Part shown: positions 31,514-42,754 of the stretch, piece by piece
Numbering within the stretch: the stretch's first letter is position 1
Layout of the letters: each line of letters starts with the position of its first letter
NCBI GenBank assembly: GCA_963774325.1
Contig: CAVZEF010000005.1
Span: 197,767 to 261,766, forward strand
DNA: 64,000 nucleotides
Source: an uncultured Pseudomonadota bacterium
Lineage (GTDB): Bacteria; Myxococcota_A; Polyangia; Fen-1088
Reading direction: 5' to 3'
Position numbers and translations under genes: made by a program
The notes under the pieces: generated by a model
What the model saw: the letters and a program-made list of their open reading frames with translations, nothing else
Database searches by the model: none
What the model was told of the DNA's origin: nothing

Positions 31514-32247
31514 GCGAGCCCGCGGTCGCGTCGCCGCCGCCGTTGCTGCCGCCCGACGAGCTGGTCGCGCGGCTGCGTGCCGAGGGCGTGGGGCGCTACC
31601 ACGACCAGCATCCGTTTCATCAGCGCATGCACGCGGGCCAGCTCTCGCGCGCGGAGCTTCGCGCCTGGACGCTCAACCGCTATTACTACCAGACGCGCAT
31701 CCCCATCAAGGACGCGATCATCGTGTCGAAGTCGGAGGATCCGGCGTTTCGCCGCGCCTGGATCCGGCGCGTGAACGACCACGACGGCACCGCGGGCGAC
31801 GGCAGCGACGGCGGGCTGGCGCTGTGGTTGCGCCTGGCCGAGGCGGTCGGTCTCGACCGCGCGCGCGTCGCCGCGTGCACCGACGTGCTGCCCGGCGTGC
31901 GATTCGCGTGCGATTCCTACGTGGCGCTCTGCCGCGAGAGCCCGCTCGTGGTCGCGGTCGCGTCGTCGCTCACCGAGATGTTCGCGCCGGATCTGATGTC
32001 GCGGCGGATCGCCTCGTGGGAGCAGCACTATCCCTGGGTCGGCGCCGAGGCGCTCGCCTACTTTCGCGCGCGCGTGCCGCGGGCGCGCCGCGACGGGGAA
32101 GAGGCGCTGGCGTTCGTCGTGGCGCACGCGACGTCGCGCGCGCTGCAGGACGCCTGCGTCGCCGCGCTGGTGCGCAAGACCGAGATCCTCTGGCACCTGC
32201 TCGACTGCGTCGCCGCGGCGACCGCAGGCGGGGCGCCGGCGCCGTGA
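31510..32247 (+). CDS. pqqC: pyrroloquinoline-quinone synthase PqqC
   Basis: Intact 245-aa ORF with RYHDQHPFHQRMHAGQLSRAELRAWTLNRYYYQ. GTGA overlap with pqqB. Confidence 0.9.
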   Translation: MSEPAVASPPPLLPPDELVARLRAEGVGRYHDQHPFHQRMHAGQLSRAELRAWTLNRYYYQTRIPIKDAIIVSKSEDPAFRRAWIRRVNDHDGTAGDGSDGGLALWLRLAEAVGLDRARVAACTDVLPGVRFACDSYVALCRESPLVVAVASSLTEMFAPDLMSRRIASWEQHYPWVGAEALAYFRARVPRARRDGEEALAFVVAHATSRALQDACVAALVRKTEILWHLLDCVAAATAGGAPAP

Positions 32248-32543
32248 TCGATCTCGACACGCGCGTGCGCCTCGCCCGCAAGGCGCGGCTGCGTCGCGAC
32301 CCCCCGTCGAACAAGATGATGCTGCTCTACCCCGAGCGCGGCCTGGAGCTCGGCGAGACCGCCGCCGACATCGCGGCGCTCTGTGACGGCCGGACGGCGG
32401 GCGCGATCGTCGACGAGCTCGCCACCCGCTACACCGGCGTCGCGCGCGAGCGCGTGGAGCACGACGTGCTCGCGTTCCTGCGCACGCTCGCCGAGCGCGG
32501 ATTGCTCGCGGCCGATCCCGGGGACAGCGAGGAGGCGCCGTGA
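32244..32543 (+). CDS. pqqD: PQQ biosynthesis peptide chaperone PqqD
   Basis: GTG 32244 overlaps the pqqC stop (GTGA). The 99-aa product is ..KARLRRDPPSNKMMLLYPERGLELGETAADIAALCDG... Position between pqqC and pqqE. Confidence 0.8.
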   Translation: MIDLDTRVRLARKARLRRDPPSNKMMLLYPERGLELGETAADIAALCDGRTAGAIVDELATRYTGVARERVEHDVLAFLRTLAERGLLAADPGDSEEAP

Positions 32544-33669
32544 CCGCTGTCGCCCAGCCGGTGGTTCCGCGGCCTTACACGCTGGTGGCCGAGCTTTCGT
32601 ACCGCTGTCCGCTGTCCTGCGCGTACTGCTCGAACCCGCTCGATCTCGACCGGCGTCGCGACGAGCTCACCACCGGCGACTGGACGCGCGTGTTCGCCGA
32701 AGCGGCCGCGCTCGGCGTCTTGCAGGTCAACCTGACGGGCGGCGAGCCGCTGGTGCGCGACGATCTCGAGGAGCTGGTCGCCAACGCGCGCGCAAACGAG
32801 CTCTACGTCAACCTGATCACGAGCGGCATCCCCGCCGATGGCGCGCGCCTGGCGCGGCTTGCGGCCGCCGGGCTCGACAGCGTGCAGCTCTCCGTGCAGG
32901 ACGTCGATCCCGCGGGAGCGGCCTGGATCGCGGGGCGCGACGGGCTCGCCGCGAAGCTCGAGATGGCGGCGACCGCGCGCGCTCTCGGCTTCCCCTCACG
33001 CTCAACGTGGTGCTCCACCGCGGCAACATCGCGCGCACCGCCGAATTCGTCGCGCTGGCCGAGCGCATCGGCGCCGAGCGCCTCGAGCTGGCCAACACGC
33101 AATACCTCGGCTGGGCGCTGATCAATCGGGATGCGCTGCTTCCGTCGCGCGCCGAGCTGGCGGCGGCACGCGCGATCGCCGACGCGGCCCGCGAGCGGCT
33201 GCGCGGCCGCATCGAGATCCTGTTCGTGCGCCCCGACTACTACGCCGATCGCCCGCGCGCCTGCATGGACGGCTGGGCGCGCCGCTACATCGTGGTCACG
33301 CCCGACGGCAGCGCGCTGCCTTGCCACCAGGCCGCCAGCATCCCGGCGCTGGCGTTCGAGAACGTGCGCGATCGCTCCCTCGTCGCGCTGTGGACGGATT
33401 CGCCGGGGTTCCGCGCGTTTCGCGGCGAGGCCTGGATGCCCGAGCCCTGCCGCACTTGCGACGAGCGCGACATCGACTTCGGCGGCTGCCGCTGCCAGGC
33501 GATGGCGCTGCTCGGCGACGCGGGCGCGCCCGATCCCGCCTGCGCGCGCACGCCGCGCCACGACCTGGTGCTGGCCGCGCGCGTCCGCGCCGACGAAGCG
33601 GCGAACGAAGGGCAGGGCTCGAGCCCGACCGCGGCGCCGCTACGCTTGCGCCGTTTTTCGGTACGCTGA
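32540..33669 (+). pseudogene. pqqE: PQQ biosynthesis radical-SAM/SPASM enzyme PqqE, single frame change
   Basis: CPLSCAYCSNP (CxxxCxxC) and LTGGEPLVR are in ORF 32540-33121. The remainder (..LTLNVVLHRGNI..ELANTQYLGWA..PCRTCDERDIDFGGCRCQA) is in ORF 32383-33669. The break is at the C4 run 32992-32995, where 5 C are expected. Confidence 0.9.
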
Positions 33670-33742
33670 ACGCCGTCGGCCGCTGGCGTTCCCGTCGGAC
33701 TGGAACCATGGGTGGGTTCCGCGCTAGAACCAAAGCTTCACC

Positions 33743-36472
<2,730 letters not shown>

Positions 36473-36705
36473 GGCGCCTGATCCTCGATCTCCGATCGGC
36501 CCCCGGCTTCAACGGCCCCTTTCCGGAGTTGCGCGATCGCGCGCGGGCGGCGAGGTGGGATCCTCAATGCACCAATCGTTCGATGGTCGCCCCTACGGGT
36601 GATTGCGCGCGCATGTCATTGCGTTCGTTGATCGATCGGCGTCACGGACCCTTACAGCCTGCCGCTTGTGTAACAACTGAGTGACAAATCGGTGTCAATA
36701 AAATG

Positions 36706-36734
36706 TTGCCAATCGAAGGAGACGGCCTTATGGT
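36706..36734 (+). promoter_or_regulatory. sigma-70-like promoter candidate (TTGCCA-N17-TATGGT) upstream of the porin gene
   Basis: The hexamers are at 36706-36711 and 36729-36734, in a locally AT-richer stretch. This would give a leader of about 160 nt before ATG 36902. Confidence 0.35.
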
Positions 36735-36901
36735 CCCGCTTCTCAACTGATTCGCAGCTGAACGGCGGCTTCGACGGGGCAGCCCGATTCCTGCTCAAGT
36801 TGGTGGACTCGGTTTGGGTGGAAACGCTCGCTGGCACCCGTGGGGGCGCCTGTCGTCGCCTCGTTGGATGCGATTCCTCAAGGAACCCGAAGGAGGTTCG
36901 A

Positions 36902-38230
36902 ATGCGTCGTCGCCGATTTGGATGGTCCGCTGCTATCGTGCTCGCGCTCGTTTCGTACGGCTCGGGTGGGATGGCGAATGCTCAAGCGCCCGCTGGCGCT
37001 CCACCCGCCGCCGAGCCGGCGCCGATGGCGCCGCCGCCCGCCGAAATGGCCCCGCCGCCGCCGGCGGCGTATGTGCCGATCACCCCAGCGATCGAGGTGC
37101 CTCCGCCGGTGCCGCCCCCGCCACCATCCTCACCGATCCCGTCGGCAGCGCCGCTGAAGATCGAGGCCCGGAACGCTACGATTCGGTTCGGGATGTTGCT
37201 GCAGCCGCAATTCGAGACGGTCGGTTCCCCGACGGGTAGCGGCTACGCCAACAATCTCTACTTGCGGCGTGCGCGCATCGTCATGGGCGGAACGCTGTTC
37301 GACCGGATCGAATATTTCATGGAGACCGATTCACCCAACCTGTTCAAGGGCGCGACAGTGGCGCCCGCCATGGGGCAGGCCCTCAAGACAACGAGCACCA
37401 TGGTCATTCAGGACATGTTTGGAACCTTCAAGTTCTTGGGCGACATGCTCAAGATCGACGCGGGTTACACGCTGCCGGCGGGCTCGCACAACTCGCTCCA
37501 GAGTGCATTCACGCTCTTCGGCTGGGACTACTTCGCCTATACATTCCAGCAGAACAACGCATTTGGAGCCGTGACGAGTCCGGTAGGACGCGATCTCGGG
37601 TTCCAGCTCCGCGGCCTGGTGGCCGATGGACACGTCGAGTACCGCGTCGGCCTGTGGCAGGGCCAGCGCAACGCCGCGATCGCCGCGGATCCAGCAGCGG
37701 TTCCACCGGTCACCCCGGTGCAGGGCGCGCGCAATTTCTTCCGCACGACGGCGCGAGTGCAGATCAACCTCTTCGATCCTGAAACCGGTTACTACTACGG
37801 GGGGACCTATCTCGGCGCGAAGAAGATCCTGTCGTTCGGCGGCTCGTACGACTTTGAGGCCGATTACAAGGCGTACGCCTTCGACGGTTTCCTCGATATG
37901 CCGCTCGGGCCCGGTGTCGTTACCGCGCAGATCGACTACTCGCACTGGGACCCTGGTACGTATCTCCCCGTGTTGCTGCTCCCCAAGCAGTGGGCGCTCC
38001 AGGGCGAGGCGGGGTACACCTTCCTGCCGCTCGCCGTGGCCCCGATCGTCCGCGTCGAGCATCTGCATGTCGACAATGGCATAACGCAGAATCGGTATGC
38101 AGGCGGTGTGGCCTACTGGTGTTATGGTCACAACTCGAATGTGAAACTCTTCTATACTCGCATTCAACAGGACAATGCACCGCACGGCGCCAATCAGGTC
38201 AACCTGCAGTGGCAGATCTTCTTCTACTGA
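36902..38230 (+). CDS. outer-membrane porin (OprO/P-like beta-barrel)
   Basis: GAAGGAGG lies upstream of ATG 36902. Signal peptide ..GSGGMANAQA, then a Pro/Ala-rich linker. LYLRRARIVMGGTLF motif. Alternating beta-strand pattern. C-terminal ..NLQWQIFFY (terminal aromatic). Confidence 0.55.
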   Translation: MRRRRFGWSAAIVLALVSYGSGGMANAQAPAGAPPAAEPAPMAPPPAEMAPPPPAAYVPITPAIEVPPPVPPPPPSSPIPSAAPLKIEARNATIRFGMLLQPQFETVGSPTGSGYANNLYLRRARIVMGGTLFDRIEYFMETDSPNLFKGATVAPAMGQALKTTSTMVIQDMFGTFKFLGDMLKIDAGYTLPAGSHNSLQSAFTLFGWDYFAYTFQQNNAFGAVTSPVGRDLGFQLRGLVADGHVEYRVGLWQGQRNAAIAADPAAVPPVTPVQGARNFFRTTARVQINLFDPETGYYYGGTYLGAKKILSFGGSYDFEADYKAYAFDGFLDMPLGPGVVTAQIDYSHWDPGTYLPVLLLPKQWALQGEAGYTFLPLAVAPIVRVEHLHVDNGITQNRYAGGVAYWCYGHNSNVKLFYTRIQQDNAPHGANQVNLQWQIFFY

Positions 38231-38268
38231 GACGGTAGTCGTTCGAATCCGTGCCTGAGCCGGCGTTG

Positions 38269-38300
38269 CGCGGTCTCGAGCTCTTGCCGCTCGGACCGCG
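38269..38300 (+). terminator. intercistronic stem-loop between porin and MFS genes
   Basis: CGCGGTC(t)CGAGC-tcttgcc-GCTCGGACCGCG forms 12 bp with one bulge. There is no U-tract, so it could be an attenuator or processing element rather than a full terminator. Confidence 0.4.
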
Positions 38301-38345
38301 TGGCGCTTTCAAGAACGCCAACACGCACAATCGGGAGGAACTTTC

Positions 38346-39968
38346 ATGAGTGATTCGGCAACTCTCCCTCCGCTGACGAAAGCCGCGAGCACCGGGCTCA
38401 AGGCCGAGGAAAAACGCGTCATCTTCGCGTCCTCGCTGGGCACGGTCTTCGAGTGGTACGACTTTTATCTCTACGCGATCCTGGCGCCGTTCTTCGCGTC
38501 GCTGTTCTTTCCCAAGGGAAACGACACCGCGGCGCTGCTGGGCAGCTTCGCCGCCTACGCCGCCGGGTTCCTGGTGCGGCCCTTCGGTGCACTGGTGTTC
38601 GGACGCATCGGCGACATCGTCGGCCGCAAGTACACCTTCCTGGTGACCATCACGGTCATGGGTCTGTCGACCGTCCTGGTCGGCTGCTTGCCGCGCTTCA
38701 CGACCATCGGCTGGTTCGCGCCGATCATCCTGGCGCTCTTGCGGCTGCTACAAGGCCTGGCGCTGGGCGGCGAGTACGGCGGCGCCGCGACCTACGTGGC
38801 CGAGCACGCGAAGGAGAACCGCCGCGGCTACGACACGAGCTGGATCCAGACCACGGCGACCATCGGCTTGTTCGTCTCGCTGGCCGTGATCCTCGTTTGC
38901 CGCAAGGCGATGTCGCCCGAGGCGTTCACCGACTGGGGCTGGCGCATTCCGTTCCTGGCGTCGGCGCTGCTGCTGATCTTCTCGCTCTACCTGCGGCTCA
39001 AGCTGGAAGAGTCACCGGTGTTCAAGAAGATCAAGGCCGAGGGCAAGACTTCGAAGGCGCCGCTCACCGAAGCCTTCGGCCAGTGGAGCAACCTCAAGAT
39101 CGTGCTGCTCGCGCTCTTCGGCGCGACCGCGGGCCAGGGCGTGGTCTGGTACACCGGCCAGTTCTACGCGCTGTTCTTCCTGACGATCACGCTCAAGGTC
39201 AGCTACGAGATCGCGTACGTGCTGATCGCAGTCTCGCTGGCCGTCGGCACCGGTTTCTTCGTCTTCTTCGGTTGGCTGTCCGATCGCATCGGGCGCAAGA
39301 AGATCATCATGGCGGGTTGCCTGCTCGCGGCCCTGACGTACATGCCGCTGTTCAAGGGGCTGACCCACTACGTGAACCCGGAGCTGGAGGCGGTGTCGGC
39401 GCGGACGCCGATCACCGTGACCGCGGGCGGCTGCAACTTCCACGTCTTCGTCGGGCCGTGGTCGAAGTTCAGCGCGTGCGACAAGGTCAAGGACTTCCTG
39501 ACCAAGCAGGGCGTGTCGTTCACGTCGATCGAGGCTTCCAGCACCGATGTGACGACCAAGATCGGCGACGTGGAGCTCCAGGGCTGGGACGAGGCCAAGT
39601 ACAAGGCGACGATGAAGGCGGCGGGCTTTCCGGCCAAGGCCGACGCCAGCCGCATCAACTGGTTCATGACCGAGGTGATCCTGATCCTGATGGTCCTCTA
39701 CGTGACCATGGTCTACGGGCCGATCGCGGCATTCCTGGTCGAGCTCTTCCCGGCCCGCATCCGGTACACGTCGATGTCGCTGCCCTATCACATCGGCAAC
39801 GGCTGGTTCGGCGGCATGCTGCCACTGCTGGCCACCGCCATGGTGGCGTCGTCGGGCAACATCTACAACGGCCTCTGGTATCCGATCGTCGTTTCGGCGT
39901 TCACGCTGGTCGTCGGGATGCTGACGTTGCGCGAGACCAAGGACCACAAGGTCCGCGTCGACCTCTGA
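38346..39968 (+). CDS. MFS transporter, metabolite:H+ symporter (MHS) family
   Basis: Intact 540-aa ORF with GGGAGGA upstream. The MHS-typical N-terminus is SSLGTVFEWYDFYLYAILAPFFASLFFP..FLVRPFGALVFGRIGDIVGRKYTF. A large central soluble insert is present. Confidence 0.8.
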   Translation: MSDSATLPPLTKAASTGLKAEEKRVIFASSLGTVFEWYDFYLYAILAPFFASLFFPKGNDTAALLGSFAAYAAGFLVRPFGALVFGRIGDIVGRKYTFLVTITVMGLSTVLVGCLPRFTTIGWFAPIILALLRLLQGLALGGEYGGAATYVAEHAKENRRGYDTSWIQTTATIGLFVSLAVILVCRKAMSPEAFTDWGWRIPFLASALLLIFSLYLRLKLEESPVFKKIKAEGKTSKAPLTEAFGQWSNLKIVLLALFGATAGQGVVWYTGQFYALFFLTITLKVSYEIAYVLIAVSLAVGTGFFVFFGWLSDRIGRKKIIMAGCLLAALTYMPLFKGLTHYVNPELEAVSARTPITVTAGGCNFHVFVGPWSKFSACDKVKDFLTKQGVSFTSIEASSTDVTTKIGDVELQGWDEAKYKATMKAAGFPAKADASRINWFMTEVILILMVLYVTMVYGPIAAFLVELFPARIRYTSMSLPYHIGNGWFGGMLPLLATAMVASSGNIYNGLWYPIVVSAFTLVVGMLTLRETKDHKVRVDL

Positions 39969-39989
39969 GTTCCCGTTGACGATCGAGAT

Positions 39990-40017
39990 GGGGGCGCGCT
40001 TACTGCGGCGCGCCCCC
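39990..40017. terminator. 10-bp all-GC stem-loop between convergent genes (bidirectional terminator candidate)
   Basis: GGGGGCGCGC (39990-39999) pairs with GCGCGCCCCC (40008-40017). The loop contains the TAA stop (minus strand, 40000-40002) of the convergent lipoprotein gene. Confidence 0.6.
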
Positions 40018-40818
40018 GTTGATCCAGTCGGAGATCGCGCGCAGGTCGCTGTCGGCGAGCGGCGCATCGGGTGGGTCGCGGTGGCCGGGCGTGGTCGGCA
40101 CCGGGCCGCCGCTGGGGCCGGGCACGATCTTGCGGATCAGGTAGCTGCGCGACGCGTCGCCAGGCTGGACGAGCTTCATTCCCGCGACCTCGGTCGCGTC
40201 CGCGTACACCAGCGCGGCCCAGGCGTCGCGGTCGCAGAGTGACAGCCCCTGCGCCGGCGTGTCGAGGCAGCTGCCGTCGTCGGGGTCGGGACGGTGGCAG
40301 TTGCCGCCGCAGCGGGCGGCGAAGATCGGCAGGATCGCGCTCGACGCCGGGACGTCGGGCGGCGGAAGGGGCGGATTCGTCGGACCGGCGCCCGTGGCAA
40401 AGGTGCGCTGGTCGCTCTCGGCGAGGCAGCCGGTCAGCGATCGGACCGTCGGCATCACGGTCACCGCATAGGTCAGGTTGGCCTGCAGCGGGTTGCGCGG
40501 AGTGAATCGGATCGACCGGGTGATGAAATCGACGAAGAAGCCGCCGAGACGGGTGTAGAGCCCGCTCGACAGCAGCACGGTATCCAGCCGGACCGAGTCG
40601 GGATCGGGGTAGTCGCTGAGGTTCAGGCTGATCGACCCGTCGGTGGGGATGTCGCCGGCGCCGTCGGGTGGCGTCGATGACATCACCGTCAGCGGAGCGC
40701 AGGTGCCCGGCAGCGGCTGCTGCGAGCTCGGATAACTGCAGCCGGGCGAGCCGGCCAGCACGGCACCGGCCACTGACAAGCCGGCCATGGTCGCGCGCAA
40801 CCGGCCGCGACCGGACAT
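40000..40818 (-). CDS. lipoprotein with Ig-like N-domain and a C-terminal cytochrome-c-like (PSCyt-like) domain carrying CGGNCH
   Basis: Lipobox LAGSPGCS. Motifs SSTPPDGAGDIPTDGSISLNLS, then ILPIFAARCGGNCH...SYLIRKI...LADSDLRAISDWINGGAP. Confidence 0.5.
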   Translation of the reverse strand: MSGRGRLRATMAGLSVAGAVLAGSPGCSYPSSQQPLPGTCAPLTVMSSTPPDGAGDIPTDGSISLNLSDYPDPDSVRLDTVLLSSGLYTRLGGFFVDFITRSIRFTPRNPLQANLTYAVTVMPTVRSLTGCLAESDQRTFATGAGPTNPPLPPPDVPASSAILPIFAARCGGNCHRPDPDDGSCLDTPAQGLSLCDRDAWAALVYADATEVAGMKLVQPGDASRSYLIRKIVPGPSGGPVPTTPGHRDPPDAPLADSDLRAISDWINGGAPQ

Positions 40819-40822
40819 CGAA

Positions 40823-41218
40823 TCAACTCTCGCTGTAAAGCCGGAGCTGCTCGCGCACCACCTCGTCCGACAGCCCCGTTCGCAGGTAATCTTGAAGACA
40901 GTCGGCCAGGGTCACGATCATGTCGTCGACACCGCGGTCCTCGACCAGCTTGCCCAGCAGCCCGCGCGCTTCCGAGCTGTCGTCCTCGCGCAGGAAGTCT
41001 CGAACCATGTCCAGCGTCAGATCTCCGGAGAAATCCAGTATCGCGTGATCGAGAAGGTAAGCGATAAGTTGTTTCACCGGAAGGCCTCCAGAGGGGTAAC
41101 GGGGTTGACGACGGCCTTTGCTCATATCGCGGATGACCCGGGCGTGCAAGAACCAGAACACCGAGCACGACGCAGAAGCAGTACCAAGGACGACCACAAG
41201 GACGCGGAATGCGAACAT
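40823..41218 (-). CDS. hypothetical small protein with N-terminal hydrophobic segment; atypical codon usage
   Basis: ATG 41218 (MFAFRVLVVVLGTASASC..), or ATG near 41125 (MSKGRRQ..). The stop lies 4 nt before the downstream lipoprotein start. GC3 is visibly lower than in neighbouring genes. No family recognised. Confidence 0.3.
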   Translation of the reverse strand: MFAFRVLVVVLGTASASCSVFWFLHARVIRDMSKGRRQPRYPSGGLPVKQLIAYLLDHAILDFSGDLTLDMVRDFLREDDSSEARGLLGKLVEDRGVDDMIVTLADCLQDYLRTGLSDEVVREQLRLYSES

Positions 41219-41260
41219 GATTTGACCCCGTCTGTCGGAGTTGTTACCGTTCCGCCTGTT

Positions 41261-41653
41261 TTGCGCCAACTTCGCTACCTCACGACGGGGGTGCTGGCGA
41301 AAGGCGCCGTCATCGCGATGCTGGCGACGCCGTTCGCCGGCGGGTGCGGACCGGTCGAGTACATCAACCAGGTCTCGTTCAAGGCGGCGTCGGCGCTCGC
41401 GGCAGCCAAGGAGGCGCAGGCCGATCGGCTGGCGCCCTACGAGTACACCGCTGCCGAAGCGTACTTGCACAAGGCGCGCGAGGAAGCCGCCTACGCCCAG
41501 TACCAGGATTCGATCGAATACGGCCGAAAGGCCGAGGAGCAGGCTCACCGCGCGCGCGCGATCGCGCTGACCCGCATGACCCAGCCCGTGACACCTCCTT
41601 CAGCACCGGTGCCGACGACCACGACTTCCGCCAAGAGCTCCGCGGGCGAATGA
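41261..41653 (+). CDS. DUF4398-like helical lipoprotein
   Basis: TTG 41261 (or GTG 41291) gives ..GAVIAMLATPFAGGCG lipobox. The helical region is LAPYEYTAAEAYLHKAREEAAYAQYQDSIEYGRKAEEQAHRA. The stop overlaps the ompA-like ATG (ATGA). Confidence 0.5.
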   Translation: MRQLRYLTTGVLAKGAVIAMLATPFAGGCGPVEYINQVSFKAASALAAAKEAQADRLAPYEYTAAEAYLHKAREEAAYAQYQDSIEYGRKAEEQAHRARAIALTRMTQPVTPPSAPVPTTTTSAKSSAGE

Positions 41654-42738
41654 CGACCGCGCTTCGTTCCCGCTCTCTGGCGGTCTGCGGGCTAGCGCTC
41701 GCCGCGGCCGCCGCCGGTTGCGCCGGCACCGAGGTCGCCGCGAACGTCAAGCAGGTGCGCTCGATCATCAAGGAGGCGCGCGACAGCGGCGCCTACAAAT
41801 GCGCGCCGCACGAGCTGGCGCTGGCCGAGACCAACACCGAGTTCACCGAGACGGAGCTCGACCAGGGCGACTACTTCCGTGCGCGCGAGCACCTGGAGCT
41901 CGCCGATCACAACGCGCGCGAGGCGCTGCGCCTGTCGCGCGAGCATTGTGCGCCTCCGACGCGCAAGGCCAAGCCCGTCATCGGCGACAAGGACGGCGAC
42001 GGCATCAAGGACGACGTCGACAAGTGCCCGAACGATCCCGAGGACAAGGACGGGTTCGAGGACGAGGACGGCTGTCCCGATCTCGACAACGACAAGGACG
42101 GCATCCCCGACATCAAGGACAAGTGCCCGAACGATCCCGAGGACAAGGACGGGTTCGAGGACGCCGACGGCTGCCCCGATCCCGACAACGACACCGACGG
42201 GATCCCCGACGTCAGCGACAAGTGCCCGAACGATCCCGAGGACAAGGATGGCTTCGAGGACACCGACGGCTGCCCCGACCCCGACAACGACAAGGATGGC
42301 GTCCCGGACACGACCGACAAATGCCCCAACGAGGCCGGTCCGCCCGACAACGACGGCTGCCCGAAGAAGTACGAGCACATCGTGGTCACCGAGGCGAAGA
42401 TCGAGCTCAAACAGAAGATCTTCTTCGAGACCAACAAGGCGGTCATCATGCCGCGCAGCTTCCCGCTGCTGGCGGAGATCGGCCAGGTCCTGCAGTCGCG
42501 GCCGACGATGACGGTTCGGATCGAAGGTCACACTGATTCGCGCGGAAAGCGGCCGCACAACATGACCTTGTCCCAATCTCGTGCTGACTCCGTCAGGCAA
42601 TTTCTGATAGGACTGGGGATCGAACCATCCCGAATGGACGCCAAAGGATTTGGTCCCGACCAGCCCATCGAGACCAACAAGACCGCTGCGGGGCGGGAGA
42701 AGAACCGCCGCGTCGAGTTCTTCATCACTCAGCAATAG
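41650..42738 (+). CDS. OmpA-family lipoprotein with thrombospondin type-3 (TSP3) calcium-binding repeats
   Basis: Lipobox LAAAAAGCAG, a DUF4398-like helical region, four DKDG..DKCPNDPEDKDGFED.DGCPDPDN repeats, and an OmpA C-terminal domain (IFFETNKAVI..RIEGHTDSRG..NMTLSQSRADSV..NRRVEFFI). Confidence 0.85.
   Translation: MTTALRSRSLAVCGLALAAAAAGCAGTEVAANVKQVRSIIKEARDSGAYKCAPHELALAETNTEFTETELDQGDYFRAREHLELADHNAREALRLSREHCAPPTRKAKPVIGDKDGDGIKDDVDKCPNDPEDKDGFEDEDGCPDLDNDKDGIPDIKDKCPNDPEDKDGFEDADGCPDPDNDTDGIPDVSDKCPNDPEDKDGFEDTDGCPDPDNDKDGVPDTTDKCPNEAGPPDNDGCPKKYEHIVVTEAKIELKQKIFFETNKAVIMPRSFPLLAEIGQVLQSRPTMTVRIEGHTDSRGKRPHNMTLSQSRADSVRQFLIGLGIEPSRMDAKGFGPDQPIETNKTAAGREKNRRVEFFITQQ
41986..42366 (+). 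repeat. in-frame 99-105 nt tandem repeats encoding the TSP3 modules
   Basis: Units are at 41986-42090, 42091-42189, 42190-42288 and a partial one at 42289-42366. The core gacaagtgcccgaacgatcccgaggacaagga is identical in three units. Confidence 0.85.
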
Positions 42739-42754
42739 CGAGGTTCGTCAGGAA

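Noticed and set aside
36831-36848. A sigma-54-like TGGCAC element upstream of the porin gene.
   Set aside because: The downstream GC dinucleotide is 11 rather than 10 nt from the GG, and the TTGC -12 element is absent.
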